A DNA stretch of 51,176 nucleotides from an uncultured Bacilli bacterium (GTDB lineage: Bacteria > Bacillota_I > Bacilli_A > RF39 > UBA660). Below, piece by piece: positions 9,276 through 18,864 of the stretch. The notes beneath the pieces were generated by a model that had not been told where the DNA came from, searched no databases, and saw only the letters and a program-made list of their open reading frames with translations. The stretch covers positions 1 to 51,176 of the forward strand of contig CANPZX010000002.1 of the NCBI GenBank assembly GCA_947589195.1, given 5' to 3'. Numbering within the stretch: the stretch's first letter is position 1; every line of letters starts with the position of its first letter. The position numbers were made by a program, and so were the translations under genes.

Positions 9276-9698
9276 TTAATCTTCAAAATCATCGTCTTTA
9301 ACATAATCATCGGGATTTTCCAAAATTTTTCTAGTTTCGATAATCATTCCAATACTAAATCCGGATATTTTCATTATATCTATTGTTGGCATCTTTAACT
9401 TTATCATGTTTTGAACCATATCTATTTTGCCTTTTAAATATCCAACTTCAATTCCATCAGAAAAACCAGATTGTCTAACTTCTTTAAGTACTATTTTCTC
9501 TTCTTCAGCAGCTCGATACTCTTCTAAAAATTCCGGATCTTTAAACATTTCTTCTAGTTTTTTGATTACTGGCTTAAACTTCTCATCATCCCCAAAATCT
9601 TTTTTCATTTGTTCAAAATTAGTCTCACTTAGAAAAAGCATCATTCTACGAATTCTTTCATCTCTATCACTATTTTCAACAGTTGTTGTCTCGTCCAT
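9276..9698 (-). CDS. Small protein resembling the C-terminal part of Rpn/PD-(D/E)XK transposase-like proteins
   Basis: GFSDGIEVGYLKGKIDMVQNMIKLKMPTIDIMKISGFS matches the G-x3-G repeat plus helical tail of that family; no nuclease domain. Confidence 0.6.
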   Translation of the reverse strand: MDETTTVENSDRDERIRRMMLFLSETNFEQMKKDFGDDEKFKPVIKKLEEMFKDPEFLEEYRAAEEEKIVLKEVRQSGFSDGIEVGYLKGKIDMVQNMIKLKMPTIDIMKISGFSIGMIIETRKILENPDDYVKDDDFED

Positions 9699-9885
9699 TT
9701 AATTCACCTCTCTTTCTATAGTAAAATTTTTTTCAAATAACATTAATAAATAACCCCTTTCTAGTTATTTGAATAGAGGATTATTTTTATCCTCTAATAT
9801 AATTATTACCCGCAAATCTGTATTTTCCTTTTTTTTTTGCAAGAAAGTTAAAAAAAATACCAAAAACATTAAATTTTTGATATTT

Positions 9886-10758
9886 TTATAAAGGATTAAC
9901 ATGAATAACGGTTAAATATATTTCTTTTAAATTATCTTCTATTTCATCTTCTAATTTATCAGCTATAGCATGACTTTCAAAAGTTTTTAAATTACCATCA
10001 ACAAATATGGTAAAAGATATTTGATAACGATATCCTACGGGTGTAGAATTAAAATGATTTATCTTTTTTATCTCGGGATATTTTTTAATAATATCTAAAA
10101 CTTTATTTTTAGTTTCTTCATCAATAGATTTATCCATTAAAACATTATAACTATCTTTAAATATTTGAAAAGCCGTTATAATAATCCATAAAGATATTAA
10201 CATACCAACAATAGAATCAATAAAATAGATATTTAACATACTTAAAAGACAAGATATTAAATTACAAGTTGTTATTACGGAGTCATTCCGGTGATCTGTA
10301 GCATTAGCTTTTAATAAAAAATTATGATATTTTTTAGCTATATGATTAGTGTAAAAATATAAACTTAGTTTTATTATAATAGTTATTAAACAAACCACGA
10401 TAAGCCATATGGAAAAGCTATAAGTTTTACCTTTAATTAAACTAGTTAAAGAGTTTAAAAAAGTTTTACCACCTAATAAAAACATTATTATACTAATTAA
10501 TAAAGCATAGACATACTCTGCTTTCCCATGACCCAAATTATGGTCATCATCTTTTGGCTTACTAGCTATTTTATTACCTACATAAGTAAGGATTGAAGAA
10601 AAAACATCACTAGTAGAATTAAAACAATCTGCAAGCATAGCATTACTATTAGTAATAATGCCAATTATTCCTTTAATAATCATTAAAAATATATTACCCA
10701 GTATTCCTAAGATACTAGCTAATTTAATCTGTTTATAAGGTTTAGACATCATAGACAA
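9886..10758 (-). CDS. Cation diffusion facilitator family transporter (FieF-like)
   Basis: AMLADCFNSTSD, PKDDDHNLGHGKAEY, DHRND, C-terminal IHVNP. Confidence 0.92.
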   Translation of the reverse strand: MSMMSKPYKQIKLASILGILGNIFLMIIKGIIGIITNSNAMLADCFNSTSDVFSSILTYVGNKIASKPKDDDHNLGHGKAEYVYALLISIIMFLLGGKTFLNSLTSLIKGKTYSFSIWLIVVCLITIIIKLSLYFYTNHIAKKYHNFLLKANATDHRNDSVITTCNLISCLLSMLNIYFIDSIVGMLISLWIIITAFQIFKDSYNVLMDKSIDEETKNKVLDIIKKYPEIKKINHFNSTPVGYRYQISFTIFVDGNLKTFESHAIADKLEDEIEDNLKEIYLTVIHVNPL

Positions 10759-10824
10759 CTCCTTTAATATTTAATAATTATAATATAATTTAATAATTTA
10801 AAAAAGTACCATTAAGATACTTTA

Positions 10825-11382
10825 TTAGCTAAAATATTTAATTGCCACGACAGTTGCTTTAGTTTTTAAAGCTGCTTCTATTCCTACCTCTGAATCTTCA
10901 AATATTATAGTATTTTCTGGAGTTTGATTGGTTTTTTCTAAAGCCAAAAGAAAACCCTCCGGATTAGGTTTAGGATTTTTTATATCATCAGCTGTTAAAA
11001 TTAAATCAAATAATTTAGTTTTCCCAGTATATTCTAAAATCTCATAAGTATTTTTCTTCGAAGCAGTTGTCACTAAAGCAATGATATAATCTTGTTTTAT
11101 TGCTTCAATTATATTAAATAAATGTTCATTAATTTTTACTTTATCTAAATATTTAGAATATAGTTCTTTTTTTCTATTATGGATATCCTCGATTATATCT
11201 TCTTTATAATTAGCAATGGGTGGGATAAAAATCTTATAAGAGCGTCCATTACATTCTCGACAATAATATTCATAGTCAATTTCTAAATTATGATAAGCTA
11301 AAGCTTCTTTATAAGCATAGTAATTAACATCATTTGTATTATATAAAGTTCCATCCATATCAAAAATAGCTAATTTTTTCAT
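10825..11382 (-). CDS. HAD-superfamily phosphatase
   Basis: FDMDGTL, KPNPEG, FEDSEVG; ATGA overlap with the upstream gene. Confidence 0.9.
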   Translation of the reverse strand: MKKLAIFDMDGTLYNTNDVNYYAYKEALAYHNLEIDYEYYCRECNGRSYKIFIPPIANYKEDIIEDIHNRKKELYSKYLDKVKINEHLFNIIEAIKQDYIIALVTTASKKNTYEILEYTGKTKLFDLILTADDIKNPKPNPEGFLLALEKTNQTPENTIIFEDSEVGIEAALKTKATVVAIKYFS

Positions 11383-13265
11383 GATTCAAATCTCTTTTCT
11401 ATATCGGCCGCGACAATTAAAAGTCCAGCATAAAAAAGTAAAACTCTTTCTTTATCTTTTTCAATTTTATAAGGCATCAACCGAAGCCAATGAATAATTT
11501 CATGGAAGAAAATACTTTTTAAGCCTTCTTTTCCAAATTTTTTTTCTAAGTAATTTACTAACTCTATAAAAAGATTATCGTAAACTAATGATTTAGTAAA
11601 AATAAATTCAATATTATTTTCATAATAAGATAAGTTCTTAGTATTCATTAAAAATTCATATCCACCATGTAAAGATTGAAATAATTTAGCATAATCAAGA
11701 TATGGAGAATTATGAATATTACCAGTATTGGGATCAATTAAATAAATGCTTTTTTTATTTTTAGTTTGATCATTTTTTAAACAAATAATATTTTCGATAG
11801 TAAAATCACCATGAATTTCCGAATAATTATCATTTTTAAAAGTATTATATAAATATTTAGTATTTAAATATTTTTTATAATAATTTAAATTATGATATTT
11901 TTGACCATTAATATAAATATATTCATAATTTTGAAGATTTTTAATATATGAACATTTTTCTATTTTTTCAATATTCTTTAACACTTTATCATTAATATAT
12001 TGCTCTATTGTTTTTTTATTTGCTTTACCAATTAATGTAGACTTATGTAATTTATCTATTTCATTTAAGGCATCTTTTAATTTATTCCAAGCTTCTTGAA
12101 AAGGTGTTAAATGAACATAATTAAAACAAGTAAGTGCATTAGGATTAAACTCCATATCATATGAGCATATATCCTCATTAAAATATTCAGAAGTAATTTT
12201 AGTTAATGATATTTTCTTTTCATATTTATGGATCCAATCTATTTGTTGTTTTAACTTTAAGGCATCATTTCCAAATGAATACTTTCGATAGAATGTTTGG
12301 TTATTCTTAATACATAAAATAGTTGTAGCATTACTTCCAGCTGAATAATCTTTAATAACTGCCACATCACTATTTAACTTTAAATAATTTTTAAAAAAAT
12401 TACTATTATGATTATTAAAATATAATTCTAAAAATTGTAAACGATCATTTATATTTATTTGGGGCAATAATTCAATATACTCTTCTTTTTTCGAAGCTTT
12501 TAAAAAGTAAGAAACTATAAATAAAGTAATAGCACTAAATACATAATAAATACAAATAGTTAAAATAATAGATAAATTAAAATCTTTAATCAAATAAATA
12601 AGACTAGATGTAATTCCACTTCCTGAAAAAAATAAATTAAAACTACTATAAACTAAATTAAAATCACTAATAGCTAAAGTTAATAAAAGACATGATAATA
12701 TATTCATAATCCAAACAATTAAAGAATAAATAATTAATTTTAGTTTGTTTACTTTAGACAAAATATTTTCAAAAGACATAATTGTAAACCATGATAATTT
12801 TAAAATTTTTAATTCAATATTTTTATTAAATGTTGAAGCTATTTTATAAATTATTTTCTTTAAAAATGGTTTTAATTTTTTTATAAGTAATATAAAAATA
12901 AGCATTAAAGTTAAAAAAGTTAAATAAAAAATTATATTATTTAAACTATCAAAGCCAAATATAAAGAAAATAATATAAATCAAAGAAACTAAAATAAAAT
13001 CGATAATTATTTCCACAATTATGGTAGCAAGTGAAAAAGAAAAACCATTTTTCATATGCTTTCCTGGTATATACACTCTTAATAAATAACCCAACCGAAA
13101 AGGAGCAAAAATATTTACAAGATTTCCCAAAGCTAAAGCTTGAGTTAATTTTTTATAATTTGGTTTTTCATATGGTTCAATAAATTGGGCTAAACGAAAT
13201 ATTTTAAAAATATTAGCAATCGTTAAAGTTAATATCGCTGCAATAATAAAAAGATGAGAATTCAT
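11379..13265 (-). CDS. Fusion of LPG-synthase-TM/flippase-like membrane domain and APH/choline-kinase-like phosphotransferase
   Basis: N-terminal ~255 aa polytopic region with GNLVNIFAPFRLGYLLR; C-terminal HGDFTIENI, LIDPN, DYAKLFQS. Confidence 0.75.
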   Translation of the reverse strand: MNSHLFIIAAILTLTIANIFKIFRLAQFIEPYEKPNYKKLTQALALGNLVNIFAPFRLGYLLRVYIPGKHMKNGFSFSLATIIVEIIIDFILVSLIYIIFFIFGFDSLNNIIFYLTFLTLMLIFILLIKKLKPFLKKIIYKIASTFNKNIELKILKLSWFTIMSFENILSKVNKLKLIIYSLIVWIMNILSCLLLTLAISDFNLVYSSFNLFFSGSGITSSLIYLIKDFNLSIILTICIYYVFSAITLFIVSYFLKASKKEEYIELLPQININDRLQFLELYFNNHNSNFFKNYLKLNSDVAVIKDYSAGSNATTILCIKNNQTFYRKYSFGNDALKLKQQIDWIHKYEKKISLTKITSEYFNEDICSYDMEFNPNALTCFNYVHLTPFQEAWNKLKDALNEIDKLHKSTLIGKANKKTIEQYINDKVLKNIEKIEKCSYIKNLQNYEYIYINGQKYHNLNYYKKYLNTKYLYNTFKNDNYSEIHGDFTIENIICLKNDQTKNKKSIYLIDPNTGNIHNSPYLDYAKLFQSLHGGYEFLMNTKNLSYYENNIEFIFTKSLVYDNLFIELVNYLEKKFGKEGLKSIFFHEIIHWLRLMPYKIEKDKERVLLFYAGLLIVAADIEKRFES

Positions 13266-14005
13266 TTTAAAACCCTTTTAAAAATATCATTTTTTTCTGC
13301 TTCATAATATTCATCAGGTGTCCCAAATGGAATATGTTCATCACAAGTAAAATTAGCAATTTTCATTCCTTGATTAGCCATTATATTATAAACACCACTT
13401 ACATAATATTCACTATAATTGCAATTTTCTAAATATTTTTGAGCACTCTCTAAAAATAATTTCTTATTTTTAAAATAATATGCCCCACAAATAGCATTAT
13501 CACTAATAACTTTTTTTTCGACAGTTTGAATAACATTATTATTTTCATCCATTTGTAAATAAGAATATTTAGGATCAGCTGATTTAAAAGTTAATAATGC
13601 CCCATCTAAATCATTAAAGTTACCTTGTCTACAATAATTATAAAAATCACTAGCTAAAAAGATATGATCACAATCATTAAAGATAATAGGATTATCATCA
13701 TTAATGTCTTTAATTCCTTCCATACAAGTCAAAACTGCCCCATTTAATAATTTAGGAATAACATTAATCTTAGCATTAGGAAAATATTTCTTTATAATTT
13801 TATCTATTTGAAATTCTTCAATATGTTGCTTTAAAACAACAAAAGTTAAATCTTCAATATCAATATAATTTGTTAAAGAAATAGTTGACCAGTATAAAAA
13901 TGGTTTTTCATTTATTTCAATTAAAGGCTTAGGTAAAACAAAACCATTTTTAAAAAATCTAGACCCAGCTCCACCCATTGGCATTACAACATGCAATTTT
14001 TTCAT
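13262..14005 (-). CDS. Nucleotidyltransferase (NTP-transferase, GT-A fold)
   Basis: PMGGAGSRF...PKPLI, IFNDCD, EKKVIS, GAYYF, FGTPDE. Confidence 0.85.
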   Translation of the reverse strand: MKKLHVVMPMGGAGSRFFKNGFVLPKPLIEINEKPFLYWSTISLTNYIDIEDLTFVVLKQHIEEFQIDKIIKKYFPNAKINVIPKLLNGAVLTCMEGIKDINDDNPIIFNDCDHIFLASDFYNYCRQGNFNDLDGALLTFKSADPKYSYLQMDENNNVIQTVEKKVISDNAICGAYYFKNKKLFLESAQKYLENCNYSEYYVSGVYNIMANQGMKIANFTCDEHIPFGTPDEYYEAEKNDIFKRVLK

Positions 14006-14032
14006 TGTTAAATCATCTCTTTGATCTTTCTA

Positions 14033-15055
14033 TTAGTTATCTTTTAATCTTTCTAATAATTCACACTCGTTCTCAATAACTCTTTTTAATCCTTCTCTAA
14101 TATCAATTTTAGGTTCCCAAACATATTTTTCTTTAGCATAAGTATTATCGCATAAAGAATATTTATTTATTTCATTTTTTAAAATACTCTCTTTAATTTT
14201 ATATTCCCCTTCAAATAAACTAGGATATTTTTCCCAATAATGACTATCATTAGCATACTCTGGTTTTATATCTTTATGCATTATTTCAGAAGCTATTTGA
14301 TACATTTCATTAACTGAATAATTAACCATAGATGAGCAATTAACACAATCAAAACCTTCGCCTTTTTGAACAGCAATAGCTAAATCAATTAAATCATCAA
14401 CATAAATATAATCTCTTCTTTGATTACCATCAGAATGGAAAATAGGAGTTCTATCATAAAATAATTCTCTTATCATATATGCAACAAAAGGTGGTTGTTT
14501 TCTTAAACAATCAATATGAGGGCCATAAACATTTGCAAATCTTAAACAAGTAACATTCATTCCATATGTATCACAAAAAGATTCAGCAAATCTTTCAGCA
14601 CAATACTTCGTATTAGGATATATCAAAGTTGGTAATTCAAAATTACTTTCAACAGTTGGAAATTTAGTTTCATTTTCATACATTGCATTAGTACTAGCTT
14701 GAATTACTTTTTTAACCCCATATTTTCGACTATTTTCTAAAATGTTAACCAACCCATTAACATTAACATCAATGGCTTCACAAGGATTAGATTGGCAATC
14801 CGGAAGTGGAGCTATTCCTGCAATATTATAAACATAATCAATTTTATTCTCTTTAAATATCTTTTCAATTCCCTCTTTATCCCGAATATCCATCTTAATA
14901 ATAGAATTTTCAAAATCAACATCTTCAAATTTTAAATTATCTACTTTTCCATAAGAGAAATTATCGATTAAAATTAAATCGTTATTCTCTTTCCATAAAC
15001 GATGCGCTAATTGAGAGCCGATGAATCCAGCTGCTCCAGTTATTAATATTTTCAT
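14033..15055 (-). CDS. NAD-dependent nucleotide-sugar epimerase/dehydratase
   Basis: ITGAAGFIGS, YPNTK, RFANVYGP, RDYIYVDD. Confidence 0.92.
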   Translation of the reverse strand: MKILITGAAGFIGSQLAHRLWKENNDLILIDNFSYGKVDNLKFEDVDFENSIIKMDIRDKEGIEKIFKENKIDYVYNIAGIAPLPDCQSNPCEAIDVNVNGLVNILENSRKYGVKKVIQASTNAMYENETKFPTVESNFELPTLIYPNTKYCAERFAESFCDTYGMNVTCLRFANVYGPHIDCLRKQPPFVAYMIRELFYDRTPIFHSDGNQRRDYIYVDDLIDLAIAVQKGEGFDCVNCSSMVNYSVNEMYQIASEIMHKDIKPEYANDSHYWEKYPSLFEGEYKIKESILKNEINKYSLCDNTYAKEKYVWEPKIDIREGLKRVIENECELLERLKDN

Positions 15056-15762
15056 TTTACTTGTTCTCCTTTTCTTATTTTAATACTATCTTTCATAATA
15101 ATTATACTTTGGCGAATTTTAGATTTCAAGCCTTTATTCCATGACGATTGGCCTTTTTTTCGCTTTTCCATATTTACTTTAAATCTTTTAATTATATACT
15201 TTTCTTTTTTAGCTTGATAGTATGTATACAATTCAATTGAAAAGTCATATGGTGCTTTTTCCAAACGTTTTAATAATTCGCGATTAAATAAAACTGGAAT
15301 AGCTCCGATATCATTCATTTTTTTGCCAAACACTAAAAACTCAAAAATGGTCATACTACCTGTAAAGAAGCAATCAAGAAGACTACGGTTTTTTCGGCGA
15401 CCTTTTAAAAAATATTTTTGTGAAGAATCAGCTTCATTTTCTAAATAATTTATTAGTTTTAACATATCATCAGGTGATACTTGCAAATCCGCATGAAGCC
15501 AACCTACAAATTCTCCTCGAGCAACTTTTAAACCTTGTTGTAATCCATATCCATAACCCTGATTAGTTTTAACATAAACTTTTTGAAAATGTTTTTCATC
15601 AAGTTTTAACTTTTCAAAAACTTCTTTACTATTATCTTTAGATCCATTTTCTACTAAAATAAATTCTGTTTCAGCAAATTTAGGAAACTTTTTTAAAGTA
15701 GCTACTAAATTCTTTAAATTTTCGCTTTCATTATAGCAAGGAATAACTATTGAATATTTCAT
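15052..15762 (-). CDS. GT2 polyprenol-phosphate glycosyltransferase (GtrB/DPM1-like)
   Basis: SIVIPCYNE, VENGSKD, NQGYG, HADLQ, RKKGQSSW. Confidence 0.85.
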   Translation of the reverse strand: MKYSIVIPCYNESENLKNLVATLKKFPKFAETEFILVENGSKDNSKEVFEKLKLDEKHFQKVYVKTNQGYGYGLQQGLKVARGEFVGWLHADLQVSPDDMLKLINYLENEADSSQKYFLKGRRKNRSLLDCFFTGSMTIFEFLVFGKKMNDIGAIPVLFNRELLKRLEKAPYDFSIELYTYYQAKKEKYIIKRFKVNMEKRKKGQSSWNKGLKSKIRQSIIIMKDSIKIRKGEQVK

Positions 15763-15783
15763 TTTTATTTACCTCTTTTTCTA

Positions 15784-17178
15784 CTATTTTATTTCATCAA
15801 AGCATTCATGGTTTTGACAGTAATCATTTGATACAGGAATTGGTACAGTTACATTCATATGTGGAGGGCTAATTTGAATATTAGCATACTTTTTATTTTT
15901 ATAATCTACATATGGTTCAATTTCGAATATTTTTTGACTAGTTTCAAATTCAGGATGATTTATATTTCTAACAAAAAAGAATAAAGCAAAAATTAAAAAT
16001 CCGATTTCAATACTTTTAAAAGTTTGATTGACTAGACTTATATTAGAAAGTGATATGGCTATTCCTAAAAATACAAATGTTGCTGGTAAAACGTGATACC
16101 ATATTTGATAACTAATTCCAGACGTTATTTCTAAAAAATAAGCAATAAAATCTACTCTTTTAAAATTCATCATAAAATATAAAATAAAAATATCTAATAT
16201 AACTAAAATGCAAGTTTTTAAATTTTTAGTTTTATAAAACATACCTATAATAATTAACCAAAGTATTGAGCCTGTAAATATATTTAATTTAGCTACACAA
16301 AGTGCTGAAAAAGTATCAGTTCCAAAAACCATATTTATACTAGAAATAAGCAGTAATAATGAATAATAAGCTACACTTATTAAGTGTCCTAAAGATAAAT
16401 CAATTTTAACAAGAGTTTCAACATCAGTTATAAATAAAATGGCATATGCTTGAATCAATAGAAATAATCCCATTAATATTAGTTTAATTAAATTGTGTTT
16501 GCCAAAATTTTTAAGCTTTATACAACCCCCCCCCCGAAGGTATTTAATAAAGCCAATCTTTTCCAGAATATAGTACATTAAAGCGAAGCCTAATATTAAT
16601 GATGATGCACTAGAAATTATTGATATTAAAACCAAAGGTAATATTACATAAGATGGCATTTTATCATGCAATAAATTTAGGGATACTAAAAAGATTAGTA
16701 ATCCACACCACCAATGAATAGCTACACCATTATATAATAACCAAGCAAAATTAGAAATTAAAATAATAACTAGAGCAGAAATTATAACTCTTTTTCCTCG
16801 ACTTTTAATAATATTTTCAAAACTACTTGAAGTAAAATAAGTAGCTACAAATGCCGAGAATAATATAGATAACCATTTAAAAGTATTAGCTAAAACTACT
16901 GCACTATTAGTTAATTTAGCAAAATTAACTGCAATAAAAGCAAATATCCTTGATAAAGTATCAAAATAACCACCATAAGTTAATTTAAATGAACCAAATC
17001 CATATTCCATATATTGTTTGGTAAAAATAGAACCATCCTCTAAAAACATATAAGGAGCTTTAATAATTTCCGGATTAAGAATAACTAACAAACAAATAAA
17101 TAAAAAGAAAATTATAATTAATAAAAACCAATTATTATTTAAAATTTTAGATGATTTTATTTTCTTACTTATTTTCAT
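15784..17178 (-). CDS. Polytopic membrane protein, putative GT-C/GtrC-like glycosyltransferase (paralog A, contains G10 tract)
   Basis: About 11 hydrophobic segments; EDG..F...YGGY....R motif in the first external loop; located next to gtrA/gtrB-like genes. Confidence 0.7.
   Translation of the reverse strand: MKISKKIKSSKILNNNWFLLIIIFFLFICLLVILNPEIIKAPYMFLEDGSIFTKQYMEYGFGSFKLTYGGYFDTLSRIFAFIAVNFAKLTNSAVVLANTFKWLSILFSAFVATYFTSSSFENIIKSRGKRVIISALVIILISNFAWLLYNGVAIHWWCGLLIFLVSLNLLHDKMPSYVILPLVLISIISSASSLILGFALMYYILEKIGFIKYLRGGGCIKLKNFGKHNLIKLILMGLFLLIQAYAILFITDVETLVKIDLSLGHLISVAYYSLLLLISSINMVFGTDTFSALCVAKLNIFTGSILWLIIIGMFYKTKNLKTCILVILDIFILYFMMNFKRVDFIAYFLEITSGISYQIWYHVLPATFVFLGIAISLSNISLVNQTFKSIEIGFLIFALFFFVRNINHPEFETSQKIFEIEPYVDYKNKKYANIQISPPHMNVTVPIPVSNDYCQNHECFDEIK
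16421..16995. repeat. 575-bp block identical to 18058-18632
   Basis: Read base by base at offset 1637 with no mismatch seen; flanks diverge. Confidence 0.9.
16526..16535 (-). repeat. G10 homopolymer within paralog A
   Basis: Ten C on the plus strand; encodes RGGG in frame. Confidence 0.95.
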
Positions 17179-17184
17179 TCATCA

Positions 17185-17274
17185 CACCTCTATTTTTGAC
17201 ATTTAACTTATATATATAGTTTAACAAATTTATTTTTTAAATACTACTTTTTTATAATAGAAAAATTAACAATC
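17185..17274 (-). repeat. Duplicated upstream region with a decayed gtrA 3' end (copy of ~18822-18910)
   Basis: CACCTCTATTTTTGACATTTAAC shared; (TA)5 here versus (TA)4 in the other copy; degenerate copy of the IVNFLLQKTVVFKK* coding sequence. Confidence 0.85.
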
Positions 17275-17414
17275 AAAACTAGATCTGTTTAATATATTTT
17301 TTAACTGCTATTTTTATTTTATCTATTAAATAAATTCCTATTCTAAAAAAGAAAAGTAAAAAATATAAATTTAAAATGATAGGAGAAAACATTGAATATT
17401 TTCTAACTATTTAT

Positions 17415-18815
17415 CTATTTTTGCTTTTCTATATGAATACATTCATGATTATCACAGTAAGAATTTTTAACAGGAATCAAAACTTTAAAATCCAGAAGGT
17501 CCGGACTAATTTTAACTAAAGCACATTCTTCATTATTAAAATCAACATATGGCTCAATTTCATTAATATTTTGACTAGTTTCAAATTCAGGATGATTTAT
17601 ATTTCTAACAAAAAAGAATAAAGCAAAAATCATAAAACTTATTTCTAAAACACGATAATTAAATGATATATTTTTAAGATTATTAAGTACAATCATTATA
17701 ATAAAAAATGATAATACCGCGGGTAAAACATGATAATAAACTTGGTAACTAGATCCAGAAGTTATTTCATGATAATAAGTCATAAATTCTATTTTTTTAA
17801 AATATATCATAAAATATAAAATAAAAATATCTAATATAACTAAAATGCAAGTTTTTAAATTTTTAGTTTTAAAAGCTAAATTTATAATAATTATCCAAAA
17901 AATTGAACCAACAAAAATATTTAATTTAGATACCCCCAATGCCAAAAAGGTATCTGTACCAAAAACAAAATTTATACTGGAAATAAACGATAATAATGAA
18001 TAATAGGCTATACTTATTAAGTGTCCTAAAGATAAATCAACTTTACTAATAGTTTCTACATCAGTTATAAATAAAATGGCATATGCTTGAATCAATAGAA
18101 ATAATCCCATTAATATTAGTTTAATTAAATTGTGTTTGCCAAAATTTTTAAGCTTTATACAACCCCCCCCCCGAAGGTATTTAATAAAGCCAATCTTTTC
18201 CAGAATATAGTACATTAAAGCGAAGCCTAATATTAATGATGATGCACTAGAAATTATTGATATTAAAACCAAAGGTAATATTACATAAGATGGCATTTTA
18301 TCATGCAATAAATTTAGGGATACTAAAAAGATTAGTAATCCACACCACCAATGAATAGCTACACCATTATATAATAACCAAGCAAAATTAGAAATTAAAA
18401 TAATAACTAGAGCAGAAATTATAACTCTTTTTCCTCGACTTTTAATAATATTTTCAAAACTACTTGAAGTAAAATAAGTAGCTACAAATGCCGAGAATAA
18501 TATAGATAACCATTTAAAAGTATTAGCTAAAACTACTGCACTATTAGTTAATTTAGCAAAATTAACTGCAATAAAAGCAAATATCCTTGATAAAGTATCA
18601 AAATAACCACCATAAGTTAATTTAAATGAACCGAGTCCATATATAAAATACTCTTTAGCAAAAACCCAACCATCTTCAGCAAAAATATAAGGAACTTTAA
18701 TAATTTCTGGATTAAGAATAACTAATAAAACGATAAATAAAAAGAAAGTCATAATTAATAAAAACCAATTATTATTTAAAACTTTAGATGCTTTTATTTT
18801 CTTTCTCAGTTTCAT
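17415..18815 (-). CDS. Polytopic membrane protein, putative GT-C/GtrC-like glycosyltransferase (paralog B, contains G10 tract)
   Basis: Tandem paralog of 15784-17178 with the same motifs. Confidence 0.7.
   Translation of the reverse strand: MKLRKKIKASKVLNNNWFLLIMTFFLFIVLLVILNPEIIKVPYIFAEDGWVFAKEYFIYGLGSFKLTYGGYFDTLSRIFAFIAVNFAKLTNSAVVLANTFKWLSILFSAFVATYFTSSSFENIIKSRGKRVIISALVIILISNFAWLLYNGVAIHWWCGLLIFLVSLNLLHDKMPSYVILPLVLISIISSASSLILGFALMYYILEKIGFIKYLRGGGCIKLKNFGKHNLIKLILMGLFLLIQAYAILFITDVETISKVDLSLGHLISIAYYSLLSFISSINFVFGTDTFLALGVSKLNIFVGSIFWIIIINLAFKTKNLKTCILVILDIFILYFMIYFKKIEFMTYYHEITSGSSYQVYYHVLPAVLSFFIIMIVLNNLKNISFNYRVLEISFMIFALFFFVRNINHPEFETSQNINEIEPYVDFNNEECALVKISPDLLDFKVLIPVKNSYCDNHECIHIEKQK
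18058..18632. repeat. 575-bp block identical to 16421-16995
   Basis: Direct comparison of the two copies. Confidence 0.9.
18163..18172 (-). repeat. G10 homopolymer within paralog B
   Basis: Ten C on the plus strand, in frame. Confidence 0.95.
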
Positions 18816-18864
18816 TCATTTCACCTCTATTTTTGACATTTAACTTATATATAGTTTAACAAAT

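Noticed and set aside
14033-15055. Calling the epimerase rmlB or galE
   Set aside because: Only family-level motifs are visible. No rmlACD genes are in the window, so dTDP-rhamnose supply must be encoded elsewhere and the substrate is unassigned.
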